Positions 1-10,690 of a DNA stretch of 64,000 bases are shown here, in pieces (position 1 is the stretch's first letter; each line of letters begins with the position of its first letter). The stretch is from an uncultured Veillonellaceae bacterium (lineage in GTDB: Bacteria; Bacillota; Negativicutes; JARBTT01). Below the pieces are notes generated by a model. The model saw only the letters and a list, made by a program, of their open reading frames with translations, was not told the origin of the DNA and did no database searches. The position numbers and the translations under genes were made by a program. The stretch lies in NCBI GenBank assembly GCA_963805085.1, contig CAWDTA010000005.1, positions 448,001 through 512,000 on the forward strand, read 5' to 3'.

Positions 1-2
1 TA

Positions 3-242
3 GGTTTTGGAGTTGTAGCACAGGAGATTAGAAAACTTTCTGATGACTCGAAACAAACCGTTGGTAAAATCAAAGAACTTACGACGATTATTAAAACGTC
101 TGTAGATAAAACAGTCGTTATGGGGAATGAAACAACAGAAACTATTGAGCAGCAAGCAGCTGCAATAGAAGAGGTGACTGCTAGTGTGGAAGAAATTAAC
201 AGCCTGACTGATCAACTAAATATTTTAGCAACAGAAGAATAA
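3..242 (+). CDS. methyl-accepting chemotaxis protein, C-terminal part (truncated by window edge)
   Basis: Frame from nt 3 reads GFGVVAQEIRKLSDDSKQTV...QQAAAIEEVTASVEEI...TAA(240-242): MCP signalling-domain motif. Confidence 0.9.
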   Translation, partial: GFGVVAQEIRKLSDDSKQTVGKIKELTTIIKTSVDKTVVMGNETTETIEQQAAAIEEVTASVEEINSLTDQLNILATEE

Positions 243-266
243 TAGCTATAAGAGGAGGGATTTGTT

Positions 267-737
267 TTGGCTAGTATACAATTGGTTGTATTTGCGTTAG
301 ATAATCAAGAATATGGCATTGATGTTTTAGCGGTAAATGGTATTTTACGATCGAAAAAATTTAAAATTCAGTTACTGCCGGGAACGCCAAAAGAAATAGA
401 GGGCATCATTAATTTGCGCGGACAGATTAAGTACTTGTATAATTTGAGAAATAAATTTCATTTAATGGACGTAGAAATGTCCGATGAAAGCAAGTTTGTC
501 ATGTTGAATGTCCACGATTCTATAGCGGGGTTAATGGTGGATGAAGTTACCGATATCGTTAAAATGGATGATGGAGATTTAGAGCAGACACCAGATTCGA
601 TCAGTGGTTTTACAAATCATTATATTAAAGGAATCGGTAAAGTGGACGAGCGTTTGATTATTATCCTGGATCCAGAAAAAATTTTGTCTAAGGAAGATTT
701 TGAGGGTCTTAAAATTACGGAAAATGAAGCTGTTTAG
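267..737 (+). CDS. cheW: chemotaxis coupling protein CheW
   Basis: QLVVFAL..EYGI..V, GIINLRG, GLMVDEV, YIKGIGK..ERLIIILDP; follows an MCP; RBS GAGGAGG. Confidence 0.93.
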   Translation: MASIQLVVFALDNQEYGIDVLAVNGILRSKKFKIQLLPGTPKEIEGIINLRGQIKYLYNLRNKFHLMDVEMSDESKFVMLNVHDSIAGLMVDEVTDIVKMDDGDLEQTPDSISGFTNHYIKGIGKVDERLIIILDPEKILSKEDFEGLKITENEAV

Positions 738-749
738 TTAAAATAAGCA

Positions 750-800
750 TTAAAAAGCCTATGAATTTCAATTCAATTTGAAGTTCATAGGCTTTTTATA
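750..800. terminator. bidirectional intrinsic terminator
   Basis: AAAAAGCCTATGAATTTCAA...TTGAAGTTCATAGGCTTTTT between convergent genes. Confidence 0.85.
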
Positions 801-855
801 TTTGAGTAGTTTTACTGTTACGATATTTCTATGGTTGATTCATTTAAGTTGATGG

Positions 856-1701
856 TTATGGAATATAAATTAATCCAGATAAAAATGTAATACCTTCGTT
901 ATTTAGATAGCTTTTCAAGTTTTGTAAAGAAGTAAATAATTGTGTGAATTTTAAACGTAACCAGAAGCGAGCAAAGGTATGCGAATTTCCGCCAAAGATA
1001 GGAATTCGATTTAAATAATAGGCTGTAGAACTTGTCGTATCTCGTCCAAGATTAATCGTAAAAGCTCCGCGATAACCAGCGTCTTTTGTTGCATCGATAA
1101 CTCTTTGATCATATTTACCACAAGGATAAGCCAGATATTCAACCTTTTTACCAAGTCGCCATTCTAACCCCTCTTTTGATTTTGTTAATTGCTTACGCAG
1201 ATCATTATCATCAGAAACATTGGTCAGCGTAACATGACTTAATGTATGACTTTCAAAAGAAAACCCCTTGCTAGACATCTCTTTTATTTGATCCCATGTT
1301 AGATAACGATCATAGGTATTCACAAAATCAGATATTACGAATATTGTAGCTGTAAAATTGTATTTTTGTAAAATAGGATAAGCCACCAGATAGTTATCTT
1401 TGTAGCCATCATCAAAAGTTATCAAAATAGGTTTTGATGGGAGCTCTTTTCCGGACTCCAGATAATCTGCTAGTTGATCTGGAGTAATTGCCGAATAACC
1501 TTCCTTTGACAAATATTTTATTTGTGCTTCAAACTCGCTGGCGCTAAGCGTTAGCGGATTGTGGGCGACATCGTTAATTTGGTGATAATTTAAAACTGGT
1601 ACTCCTTGAAAGTAAGTTAAGGCAATATAAATTCCCGACAAAAGAAAAACAAATGCAGCGGCTACTCCCAATGTAAAAATTTTTTTCGTAAACAAATGCA
1701 A
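856..1701 (-). CDS. polysaccharide deacetylase (CE4/NodB), membrane-anchored
   Basis: VPVLNYH, ITFDDGY, ESHTLSH, LAYPCG motifs; N-terminal TM helix. Confidence 0.92.
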   Translation of the reverse strand: MHLFTKKIFTLGVAAAFVFLLSGIYIALTYFQGVPVLNYHQINDVAHNPLTLSASEFEAQIKYLSKEGYSAITPDQLADYLESGKELPSKPILITFDDGYKDNYLVAYPILQKYNFTATIFVISDFVNTYDRYLTWDQIKEMSSKGFSFESHTLSHVTLTNVSDDNDLRKQLTKSKEGLEWRLGKKVEYLAYPCGKYDQRVIDATKDAGYRGAFTINLGRDTTSSTAYYLNRIPIFGGNSHTFARFWLRLKFTQLFTSLQNLKSYLNNEGITFLSGLIYIP

Positions 1702-2049
1702 AAAGAATACACTCCTTTCAAGGTCTAAGGGTAGATCTAATTAAGATAATAACGGATGCATTTATTTTATTGGATTGATTTTGAGTCGAAAAACGTCTCG
1801 TGTAAAATATGGATGCTTGTTATCATAGTTTAGATAAGATTTGTATTCTATTATATCAAATATATGAAAAGCAAGCTACTTTTTCTATATATTTGATACG
1901 AACAGATAAAGGAAAATGTGTATAGATGCGTTATTATTATGTATGTCTTGCAGGATTTTTGTATTTTAAGGATAATTAAGATACAAATAGATCATTCTAG
2001 TTATAAAACAAGATTGAAGTATGTTAAGAAGATAAGGATTGATAATTAA

Positions 2050-2736
2050 ATGAATCAAAATCAAGCAAAAAATCGTGTCGTGTTATTTGCAATATTTATA
2101 ATTATTATTTTGCTAATTTATTGGCTAAAACCGGAATCACTGCATAAGGTTATTCAATTGCTTCTCGCAGGTGATCTGGAGGCCAGTATTGAGTATATTC
2201 GCTCTTATGGTCCTTATGCAGCCTTAGTAAGCTTCGTCATAGTCGTATTTATTAATGCAGTTGCTGTTTTACCCAATATTTTTATTTTAGCAGCAAATGG
2301 TATTATTTTTGGGATAGTAGAAGGGACTATGATATCCTGGTTAGCAGAAACTGTCGGTGTAGTGATCAGCTTTGCTTTCATGCGTTATTTTTTTCAAGAT
2401 TATGCCCATCGTGTGATTGTGCGCAGTAATTCATTGCAAAAAGTAAATGATTTTAGTGGCAAAAAAGGTTTTCAGATTATGGCAATCGCCCGCAGTATTC
2501 CTTTTGTTCCTTCTGGGCTGATTACAGCCTTGGGCGCACTCAGCGACATTAGTATGAAAGATTATATTTTGGCGACTTTGATTGGTAAGTTACCATCGGC
2601 ATTAATTGAAGTTACGCTCGGACATGATTTGGCGTCCTATCATGAAAACTCAATGCGATTGACTGTGGTTATCTTAATTTCTGTAGCTGCCTATGGCGGT
2701 TATTTATGGTATAAGAAAAAGAAAGATCCAGTTTAA
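2050..2736 (+). CDS. TVP38/TMEM64 (DedA-like) membrane protein
   Basis: Hydrophobic; LP..FILAANGIIFG..EG, RSIPFVPSG, YILATLIGKLP pattern. Confidence 0.88.
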   Translation: MNQNQAKNRVVLFAIFIIIILLIYWLKPESLHKVIQLLLAGDLEASIEYIRSYGPYAALVSFVIVVFINAVAVLPNIFILAANGIIFGIVEGTMISWLAETVGVVISFAFMRYFFQDYAHRVIVRSNSLQKVNDFSGKKGFQIMAIARSIPFVPSGLITALGALSDISMKDYILATLIGKLPSALIEVTLGHDLASYHENSMRLTVVILISVAAYGGYLWYKKKKDPV

Positions 2737-2784
2737 TGTAAAGCTGTTTCTAGTAAATTGAAAAATATAGAAAAATATGATTTT

Positions 2785-3684
2785 TTAAGATTCTGTAATC
2801 ATACCACCATTGACGTGAAGAACTTGACCGGATACATAGTTAGAATCTGAACTAGCTAGATATACGTAGGCAGGTGCTAGTTCAAAGGGTTGGCCAGCGC
2901 GTTTCATGGTAGCATTGTTCCCGAAACCAGTTATTTTTTTCATTGAAAAAGAAGCGGGAATCAGTGGAGTCCAAATAGGACCAGGAGCAACTGCATTTAC
3001 ACGGATTTGTTTTGATGCTAGCGACAATGATAATGAACGGGTAAAGCTGACGATGGCACCTTTTGTCGCTGAATAATCAATTAAATCTTTGCTTCCATTA
3101 TAAGCGGTTATCGAAGTAGTATTTATGATAGAACCATTTTTCGGCAGATAGGGCAATGTGGATTTTGTTAAATAAAAGAATGGATAAATATTGGTTCGGA
3201 ACGTACGATCAAGTTGGTCAGCATTGATATCAAGAATAGAAGTTTTAGGAAATTGAACGGCGTGATTGTTGACCAATATATCAATATGCCCAAACGTTTG
3301 TATTACTTTGTTAACAATTTTATCAGAGTGAGCTTCCTCACATAGATCTCCTGGGAGTAGCAGGCATTTGCCCCCCAGTTCATTGATTCTCGCTTGGGTC
3401 TCTTTGGCATCACGATGTTCGTTGAGATAGGAGATGACAATATAAGCTCCTTCTTTGGCAAAAGCATAGGCAATTGCACGCCCGATGCCGCTGTCACCAC
3501 CTGTAATTAAAGCCACTTTGTCACGTAATTTGCTACTGCCTCGGTAGTCTTTATTTTCGGATATTGGGCGAGGTGTCATGTTATATTCTATTCCTGGCTG
3601 GCAGAGTTGCTGTTGTGATGGAAAGGCAATTTTTGTTTTACTAGATTGTATTTTTGTACCAAAGTTTGAGTATTTAGGATACAT
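2785..3684 (-). CDS. SDR oxidoreductase (YdaD/YhdF-like)
   Basis: ALITGGDSGIGRA, DYSATKGAI, NAVAPGPIWTPLI; ATG at 3684 follows a GGAG RBS (ORF track starts at 3705). Confidence 0.92.
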   Translation of the reverse strand: MYPKYSNFGTKIQSSKTKIAFPSQQQLCQPGIEYNMTPRPISENKDYRGSSKLRDKVALITGGDSGIGRAIAYAFAKEGAYIVISYLNEHRDAKETQARINELGGKCLLLPGDLCEEAHSDKIVNKVIQTFGHIDILVNNHAVQFPKTSILDINADQLDRTFRTNIYPFFYLTKSTLPYLPKNGSIINTTSITAYNGSKDLIDYSATKGAIVSFTRSLSLSLASKQIRVNAVAPGPIWTPLIPASFSMKKITGFGNNATMKRAGQPFELAPAYVYLASSDSNYVSGQVLHVNGGMITES

Positions 3685-3818
3685 ATTTGTGATCACTCCA
3701 TTCAATTAATTTTTTTATGATGTAGTATTACTGGACATAGTATATCCAGTTTGTAAAATTGTTTACATGAGTATGACAACAGCAAAATCAAAAAAAATTG
3801 CCAATATAAATATAAAAC

Positions 3819-3853
3819 AAAAAATCCAAAGCCATTAAGGTTTCGGATTTTTT
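3819..3853. terminator. intrinsic terminator
   Basis: AAAAAATCCAAAGCC-ATTAA-GGTTTCGGATTTTTT hairpin. Confidence 0.65.
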
Positions 3854-3863
3854 CTGGTTTTAT

Positions 3864-5732
3864 TTATTTTAGCCCAAGGCGTTTTAATTTACGCCACAGC
3901 GTCGAGCGACTTATGCCCAGTATTTTTGCGGCTTCAGCATATTTTCCTTTCGTTAAGGTAAGAGCTTGTTTGATTTCCTCTAATTCATTGGGGATTAGTT
4001 GAGTCGGAATGGTGCAATCATCTGAATCTTCAAGCATGAGATTGATAATGGATGCATCAATAATTTCACGTTTGTGAATTGCTATCACTCGTTCGATAAT
4101 GTTTTTCAGTTCACGTATATTACCAGGCCAGGTATAATTCGTAAGTGCTTTTGTGGCGGATGAGGCTAGCTTTAAATGGTTTTTTATTATACCTGAATGC
4201 TCTCTTAAGAAAAAATCAGCTAATAATTTAATGTCTTTTTTTCGCTCGCGCAGAGGCGGAATTTTAAGTTGTAGGACATTTAGACGATAATATAAATCTG
4301 CTCGAAATTTATTTTCGTTTATGAGAGTCTTTAAATTTTTATTTGTAGCAGCAATAACACGAACGTCAATATGGATAATTCGATCGCTGCCTAAACGCAT
4401 AACATTTCTTTCTTGTAAAATGCGTAAAAGTTTGCTTTGCATAACATAGTCCATTTCGGCAATTTCATCTAGAAAAATTGTTCCACCGTGGGCTACTTCA
4501 AATAATCCTGGTTTTCCTTTAGGATTTGCTCCGGTAAAGGCTCCACCTACATAACCGAAAAGTTCGCTTTCGAGTATTTGGGCGGGGAGAGCAGCGCAGC
4601 GCAGTTAATCGCTACAAATGGTCCTTGATGGCTATTGCTATAGCTATGGATGCTTTGGGAAAATATCTCTTTACCGGTGCCTGTTCCGCCAACAATTAAA
4701 ATATTTGAATTTGTTAAGGCAAATTGCTTCGCTATTTCTATTATCTGTTTCATTTCTATAGTCGTATTCTCGATGTCTTTGAAAGAAAAATTTGCAATAT
4801 GTCCAGAAGCATAAATTCGGCGTCTTACCCGAGCCTCCATTTGTTGAATTTGGGTTGCGTCTTGAAAGGTGACAACAGCACCAACGGTTTTGCTATTGAC
4901 GATGATAGCTATTTTATTGCATAAAACATCAACTTCATTTATTTTTAGAATTTGCCCTAAGTCATCAATTCCTGATTGTATTACTTGCTCAAGATTAAGG
5001 TTAGGCCAAACTTTGGTTATTTTTTTACCAGTAGACTCAATGGCATTCATACCTGTAATACGTTCTGCTATGGGGTTGAAAAAAGTAATGCAATAATTGC
5101 TGTCAACTGAAATGATTCCTTCATAGGCGTAATCAAGGACAGCTCGAAAAAGACTGGTTTTTGCTTTTTCTAAGTTGCGTGCATGAGCAATTCGTTTTGC
5201 TTCTTGCGCCGCTTGTAAGATACCTTCGACACCACTATTCATAAGTTCAAATGGGTAGTGGTGTTTTTGTGCTGCTTTTTTCGTAATGAATCCGCCGATA
5301 ACGACATTTACGCCATCGCAGAAAGCCTTTGCTACTTGAGCTTCGGCTTCACTCTCATCATTTATGGGATAGGGTCTGATATCGACATCGAGAATTGTAT
5401 TCAAACAGTCAATTCCCTGAAGCATTGAAGGGAAAGAAACAGCTCCGATAGAACGGCCGTGTAATTTTGCTTTCTCAACAGTTCGAATAATATCAAAACC
5501 AGTAATAGGAACCTCAACCACAGTAACAGGAAAATTAGATTTTTTTATAGCTAGTGCAGTGCCACCTCTAGTAATGATAATTTCAGTTCCATTTGCGACG
5601 AGTGCAGATACCATTCGTAATCCTTCACTGAGTAATCCTTGCTCCATGTTTATCATCATGGCAACCTTTAAACGTTGCACGGGCAATTTTCAGCATACTG
5701 GAATGGGGAGCTAGAAATGTTATTTGGGACAT
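3864..5732 (-). pseudogene. PrpR-like sigma-54 enhancer-binding protein (PrpR_N-PAS-AAA-HTH) with two frameshifts
   Basis: ATG at 5732 after AAGGAGG (MSQITFLAPH...). Frameshift near 5650. A 5-bp tandem duplication near 4591-4604 splits AINCAAL|PAQILESELFGYVGGAFTGA. GTGKE, FLDEI, RADLYYRL, WPGNIREL and a Fis HTH are all present. Confidence 0.9.
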
Positions 5733-5796
5733 ATTTTGACCTCCTTGTGCAACGAATTGAAACGTTATATATGTGTAATTATAGAGTTTTTTTGTT

Positions 5797-6368
5797 GAAA
5801 CTGCAATTGAATATTTAAAAGAAAAAGTGACGCGCCCTTATGAAATATATCATACTGATCCAGGCTATCAGTATGGTTCCGAACATACCTTTGATGTATC
5901 AGAATTTCAACCGCAATTAGCTGCACCGTATAGTGTAGATAATGTGAAAGAGATTACTGATTTTATTGGCAGAAAAGTTGACCAAGCATATTTAGGTTCC
6001 TGTACTGGCGGGCGTGTGCCAGATTTGACGGTAGCTGCTAAAATATTAGCTGGTAAAAAAATCAATCCTGATACAAGATTTATAGTGGTTCCAGCATCGC
6101 AGGCGGTTTTCCTTGAATCCATGAAACTTGGTTATATACAAACACTTGTTGAGGCTGGTGCTACTTTCGTTACTCCAGGCTGTGCGTGTTGCTTAGGTAC
6201 GCATGAGGGGATGATTGCTGAAGGTGAAACTTGCATTTCCTCAACCAATCGGAATTTTCCTGGGCGTATGGGACATAGAAAAGGAAAATTTTTCTTGGAT
6301 CACCAGCCGCAGTGGCTGCTGCAGCGTTAGAAGGGAAAATTGTTGATCCTTCTAAATATATTGACTAA
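5797..6368 (+). pseudogene. leuC: 3-isopropylmalate dehydratase/aconitase-family large subunit, 5'-truncated and frameshifted
   Basis: Only the C-terminal part is present (YLGSCTGGR, TPGCACCLG, STNRNFPGRMG). A 1-nt loss near 6285-6290 moves IFLGSPAAVAAAALEGKIVDP...TAA(6368) into another frame. Confidence 0.88.
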
Positions 6369-6382
6369 GGAGTTGTTGTATT

Positions 6383-6889
6383 ATGGAAAAAATGGTTAAT
6401 GGCAAAGCTTTTATTTTTGGTAAAAATGTTGATACTGATCAAATATATCCTGGGCGGTTTGTAGAATTTACTGATGTAGAAGATGTAGCAAAACACGCTA
6501 TGGAAGGTGCCGATTTAAATTTAGTTAAAGAATTTAAAAAAGGTGATATTATTGTTGCTTCCACCAATTTTGGCTGTGGTTCCAGTAGAGAACATGCAGC
6601 AATTACTTTAAAAGCAATTGGTATTGGGGCTATTTTGGCGGAGTCTTTTGGACGAATTTTTTATCGGAATGCGATAAATTTAGGAATACCAGCAATTGTT
6701 TGTCCTGATATAAGTAGTAATGTAAAAAAAGGTGATGTGTTAAGCAGTGATATAATGTCAGGGCAGGTTACTAATAAAACAACGGGCAAAACTATGCAAG
6801 CACAACCTCTTTCTGAATATATGTTTAATATTCTTGCTAGTGGTGGGATAAAACCTATGATCAAAAAAGAGATGGAGCGCAAAGGTTAA
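6383..6889 (+). CDS. leuD: 3-isopropylmalate dehydratase-family small subunit
   Basis: NVDTDQIYPG, NFGCGSSREHA, SFGRIFYRNAINLG. Confidence 0.9.
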   Translation: MEKMVNGKAFIFGKNVDTDQIYPGRFVEFTDVEDVAKHAMEGADLNLVKEFKKGDIIVASTNFGCGSSREHAAITLKAIGIGAILAESFGRIFYRNAINLGIPAIVCPDISSNVKKGDVLSSDIMSGQVTNKTTGKTMQAQPLSEYMFNILASGGIKPMIKKEMERKG

Positions 6890-6922
6890 TAAAGTAATAT
6901 CCTAAGTGCATATTAAAAATAC

Positions 6923-6960
6923 AAAAGGCAAGGCGTCAGAATTTCTGAGCCTTGCCTTTT
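6923..6960. terminator. bidirectional intrinsic terminator
   Basis: AAAAGGCAAGGC..TCAGA-ATT-TCTGA-GCCTTGCCTTTT. Confidence 0.85.
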
Positions 6961-6966
6961 AGTGTT

Positions 6967-8658
6967 TTATATTCTAAAACTAATCGTAGCTTCCTGTAAG
7001 TCTTGTGCCATCTTTGCTAACACTTGACTGGAAGAAGCTATTTCTTCTATTGATGCGGACTGTTCTTCCGTTGCCGCTGAAACGTTTTGAGTTTGCCCTG
7101 AAGCGTCTTTACTTATTTTTTCAATGGATTGTGCTGATGAAACGATTTGCTCACTATCACTAGCAATTTCCTGAATTGAGGAGGAAATTTCCTTTACTTG
7201 ATCAGATACATGACTGATCAGTGTTACAATTTCTTTAAACGTTTGTCCAGCAGTATTGACAACTTCTGCGCCAATTTTAACCTCGCGTGTTCCTTCTTGC
7301 ATAGAGACTACAGCTTTGTCGGTTTCACCTTGTATTTCGCCAATCAGCGTAGCAATTTGTTTCGCTGCATCTTGCGACTGTTCTGCAAGTTTACGTACTT
7401 CTTCTGCTACTACAGCAAAGCCACGACCTTGTTCGCCAGCGCGGGCGGCTTCAATTGCAGCGTTTAATGCTAACAAATTTGTCTGTCCAGCAATGCCCGA
7501 AATAGTATCGACAATTTGACCGATTTCTTTAGAACGTTCACCAAGTTTTGCAACGACGTTAGCCGAATTGCTAACCGTCTTTTCAATGCTAATCATCTGA
7601 CTAATGGCTGTATCGACTGATTGCCCACCTGCTTGAGCTGAAGTTGCCGTCTTATCTGACATTTCGGCAACACCATTGGCATTTATAGCAACCTGTTGGA
7701 TGTTAGTGGACATTTTCTCAATTATTGCTGAGGTATCATTGATCGCATTTACTTGCAATTCTGCGCCATGGGCTACCTCAGTTATGGCAATTGCCACTTG
7801 ATTGGTCGCTTGGGCAGATTGTTCAGCAGTAGCGGTAAGTTCCTCCGAAGAAGCGGCAACTTGCTGAGAATTCTCTTGAATACGGCAAATCAACTCTTTC
7901 AAATTTTGCGTCATAGTGACAAAGGATTTTTCTAAGTCGCCGATTTCATCTTGTCTACTAATGACTATATTTTGTTTTAAGTTACCACTCGCAATACCTT
8001 GCGCTATCGTAACCAAAGAATTGACTGGTCTGGAAATTGATCTTGCACTGAAGAAGCCAATAATGATACCAATAATTGCACTCAAAATGCCAATAAGAAT
8101 GGCTATTGATTGAGTATGTTCTGCTGTTTCCATCGCTTTTGCAAATGATTCATTAACTTGCTTTTCTCTAAGAGCACTATATTCATCACCTTTTTTCATT
8201 AAAGCTTGTCCAATGGGAGCAAGTTCGGTGCTCATAACCTGTATCGCTTCCTGTTCTTTACCTGCTTTTTTTAGTGGCATTACCTTCTTTTCAGCAATGT
8301 CACTATATTTATCATCGAGAACTTTCATTTCGTTAACTAGCTTGCGTCCTTCTACAGTAGTTGCTTGGTCAAGTAGTTCCTGTTCTAATTTAGCATTTTC
8401 ATTGTTTGCTTTCTGGTATTCACTGATGAATTTGTCATTTCCCGTTAGTAAGTATCCGCTTAAATCAGCTACCTGCTCTGTGGCGTTTCGGCTCACGACA
8501 TTTGTTTTTAATAATAAAGGGATACTTCTTTGCTGAATAATTTTGCTTGAATCAACAACCTGCGAAATGTTGTAAACAGTATAAGTAGTACCAATCGCGC
8601 AAACGCCAACAACAATAAGAAAAAATGCGATCGTTCTTGTCATAAGATTAGATTTCAT
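6967..8658 (-). CDS. methyl-accepting chemotaxis protein (4HB/CHASE3-like sensor, HAMP)
   Basis: Two TM helices, [48 protein letters not shown]. Confidence 0.95.
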   Translation of the reverse strand: MKSNLMTRTIAFFLIVVGVCAIGTTYTVYNISQVVDSSKIIQQRSIPLLLKTNVVSRNATEQVADLSGYLLTGNDKFISEYQKANNENAKLEQELLDQATTVEGRKLVNEMKVLDDKYSDIAEKKVMPLKKAGKEQEAIQVMSTELAPIGQALMKKGDEYSALREKQVNESFAKAMETAEHTQSIAILIGILSAIIGIIIGFFSARSISRPVNSLVTIAQGIASGNLKQNIVISRQDEIGDLEKSFVTMTQNLKELICRIQENSQQVAASSEELTATAEQSAQATNQVAIAITEVAHGAELQVNAINDTSAIIEKMSTNIQQVAINANGVAEMSDKTATSAQAGGQSVDTAISQMISIEKTVSNSANVVAKLGERSKEIGQIVDTISGIAGQTNLLALNAAIEAARAGEQGRGFAVVAEEVRKLAEQSQDAAKQIATLIGEIQGETDKAVVSMQEGTREVKIGAEVVNTAGQTFKEIVTLISHVSDQVKEISSSIQEIASDSEQIVSSAQSIEKISKDASGQTQNVSAATEEQSASIEEIASSSQVLAKMAQDLQEATISFRI

Positions 8659-8797
8659 TTGTATCTCTCCTTTGAGTGTAACTAATTTTTGTTATTAGAA
8701 TAATTAAAATGTATCTTTTTAAGCCTCCTTACATTAATTTTCCTCAATTGAGTAAAGTTTCTAGTAAATTAATCATAAATATTATAATATTTACATT

Positions 8798-9022
8798 ATG
8801 ATTGAAAAAAAATTTGGACAAGTATTAAAAAACTTAAGAATAGAAAAAGAGCTTAGCCAGGAAGAGTTTGCCTTTAAGATGGGGCTGCATCGTACTTATG
8901 TTAGCCAACTGGAAAGGGGATTAAAAAGTCCTTCATTACGAACAATAGTGAAAATATGTAATGAACTAGATATCACATTGGTACAATTTATGGAACAGTT
9001 GGAGCAGAACAAGTACTACTAA
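8798..9022 (+). CDS. XRE-family HTH regulator (controller C-protein-like)
   Basis: FGQVLKNLR..LSQEEFA..GLHRTYVSQLERG.KSPSL. Confidence 0.88.
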   Translation: MIEKKFGQVLKNLRIEKELSQEEFAFKMGLHRTYVSQLERGLKSPSLRTIVKICNELDITLVQFMEQLEQNKYY

Positions 9023-9182
9023 GTTTTTTTACCAATATAGATTAATCTAAATAATAATTTTCATTTTTGAATACTATAGTATTCATAATATCTTATAATA
9101 TGACAAAAATCAACCAACGCTAGAAATATTAGCTAGGTTAATCACGGTTGAAAAGTAGTTTTATCATTGAACGAAAACTTGG

Positions 9183-9383
9183 CTATATTTTAAAATCAAT
9201 TGTAACTTCCTGTGAATCTGTGCCATTTTTACTAACGCTTAACTGGAAGAAGTTATCTCTTCTATGGATGCGGATTGTATTTCGGCTACCACTGAAACGA
9301 TTTGTTCTCTATCACTAGCAATTTCCTGAACTGAGGAGGAAATTTCCTTTACTTGATCAGAGATACGACGGATTAGAGTTACA
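9183..9383 (-). pseudogene. degenerate 3' remnant of an MCP paralog
   Basis: Aligns by eye to 6967-7228 (e.g. TATCACTAGCAATTTCCTGAA.TGAGGAGGAAATTTCCTTTACTTGATCAG) with a 60-bp internal deletion and small indels. Confidence 0.85.
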
Positions 9384-9516
9384 GTTTAGCAATCTTTTCA
9401 GGTAAAATTCATTTTATTTGATGAGAGTGTGCTATAATATATAAATGTGTCAAAATTTTAATTTTTAAGATGAAAATCATAATTTATATGATTTTTATAG
9501 ATGGAGATAGTGCAGT

Positions 9517-10443
9517 ATGAGAGAATATATTGATTTAGGAAAAAGAATTTATCATCATAGAGACGCTAGTGATTTTGGTGTGCAAAGACTGGTTGTTTTC
9601 ATTGCTCGTGCTATGATTCATAAAAAACAGATCAATGGATTGATAAAATTTTTCTCCGAAAATCCTACGTTAGAAAATATCGCGGCGGAAAATCCGATTA
9701 TATTTGAACAACTAACGAGACATGTTTTTTATCATCAATCTACAATTCAAGAAAGATTATCATTAATAAAGCAACATTTTATTATTTCCTCTACATGGTT
9801 TCGCCAAGATTATTTGAATGATATCTATAATGATGGTTTTCTTCGGTTGTGGGAAGAAGATTATGGTGATGATAAACTTTGTATCAACCTTAATTTTAAA
9901 TATATGGATAGAAAAGAAGGTCTTATGAGTATTGAGCTTGTTTGGGGCGAACAACGAATTTACCATATTACTTTTTGGTTTGATCAAAATGATGATAAAG
10001 AAGTAACACTGAGGATAGGAGCATTACAAGGCATATTAGGTGGAGCAAGCACTATTCATGATCTAACGAAACACTTTTTTGCCTATAGACCTAAAAATTT
10101 AATTTTATATGCATTAAGAACAGTTGCTTGCACTCTAGGAATAAATAAAATTTATGCGGTTTCTAATGAAGGGTTTTTCACTAATACACATGTACGCTTG
10201 GATAAAAAATTAAAAACATCATTAGATGAATTCTGGCAAGAAACAGGTGGAAGTTTATGTGAAGATCATAGATTTTTTGAATTGCCTATTGCCGAAACAC
10301 GTAAAAGTATAGAAGAAGTTAAATCACAGAAACGAAACTTATATCGAAAAAGATATGCCGCTCTTGATGAAATCGAAAAAAGTATTAAATATAATTTAAA
10401 TTCATATTTAAAAGTTAAAAACAACGTAACATCGGTAAGATAG
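9517..10443 (+). CDS. VirK/YbjX (DUF535) family protein
   Basis: RKEGLMSI, LRIGALQG, TKHFFAYRPKNLI, DEFWQETGG, RKSIEEVKSQKRNLYRKRY. Confidence 0.88.
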   Translation: MREYIDLGKRIYHHRDASDFGVQRLVVFIARAMIHKKQINGLIKFFSENPTLENIAAENPIIFEQLTRHVFYHQSTIQERLSLIKQHFIISSTWFRQDYLNDIYNDGFLRLWEEDYGDDKLCINLNFKYMDRKEGLMSIELVWGEQRIYHITFWFDQNDDKEVTLRIGALQGILGGASTIHDLTKHFFAYRPKNLILYALRTVACTLGINKIYAVSNEGFFTNTHVRLDKKLKTSLDEFWQETGGSLCEDHRFFELPIAETRKSIEEVKSQKRNLYRKRYAALDEIEKSIKYNLNSYLKVKNNVTSVR

Positions 10444-10522
10444 TTTCGAAGTTTTTTCTCAAACTTAATTTTATGCTATTCTACTAAAAATAAGACTTAA
10501 TTATAGTGCTAGACTTGGAAAG

Positions 10523-10555
10523 ATATACTATAGATGAATTTCATCTATAGTATAT
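10523..10555. repeat. perfect 16-bp inverted repeat (operator-like)
   Basis: ATATACTATAGATGAA-T-TTCATCTATAGTATAT. Confidence 0.7.
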
Positions 10556-10568
10556 AAAAATAACTGAT

Positions 10569-10618
10569 AAAAAAAGGTATGCTACTTTAGCATTTTGTTA
10601 AAGTAGCATACCTTTTTT
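10569..10618. terminator. bidirectional intrinsic terminator
   Basis: AAAAAAGGTATGCTACTTTAGCA...TGTTAAAGTAGCATACCTTTTTT. Confidence 0.85.
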
Positions 10619-10690
10619 GTTTAAGCAGTTAATAGGTTTATTTTATTGATAGATATATTTAATTGAACTATTGAAGTGCAATTAGTAAAC

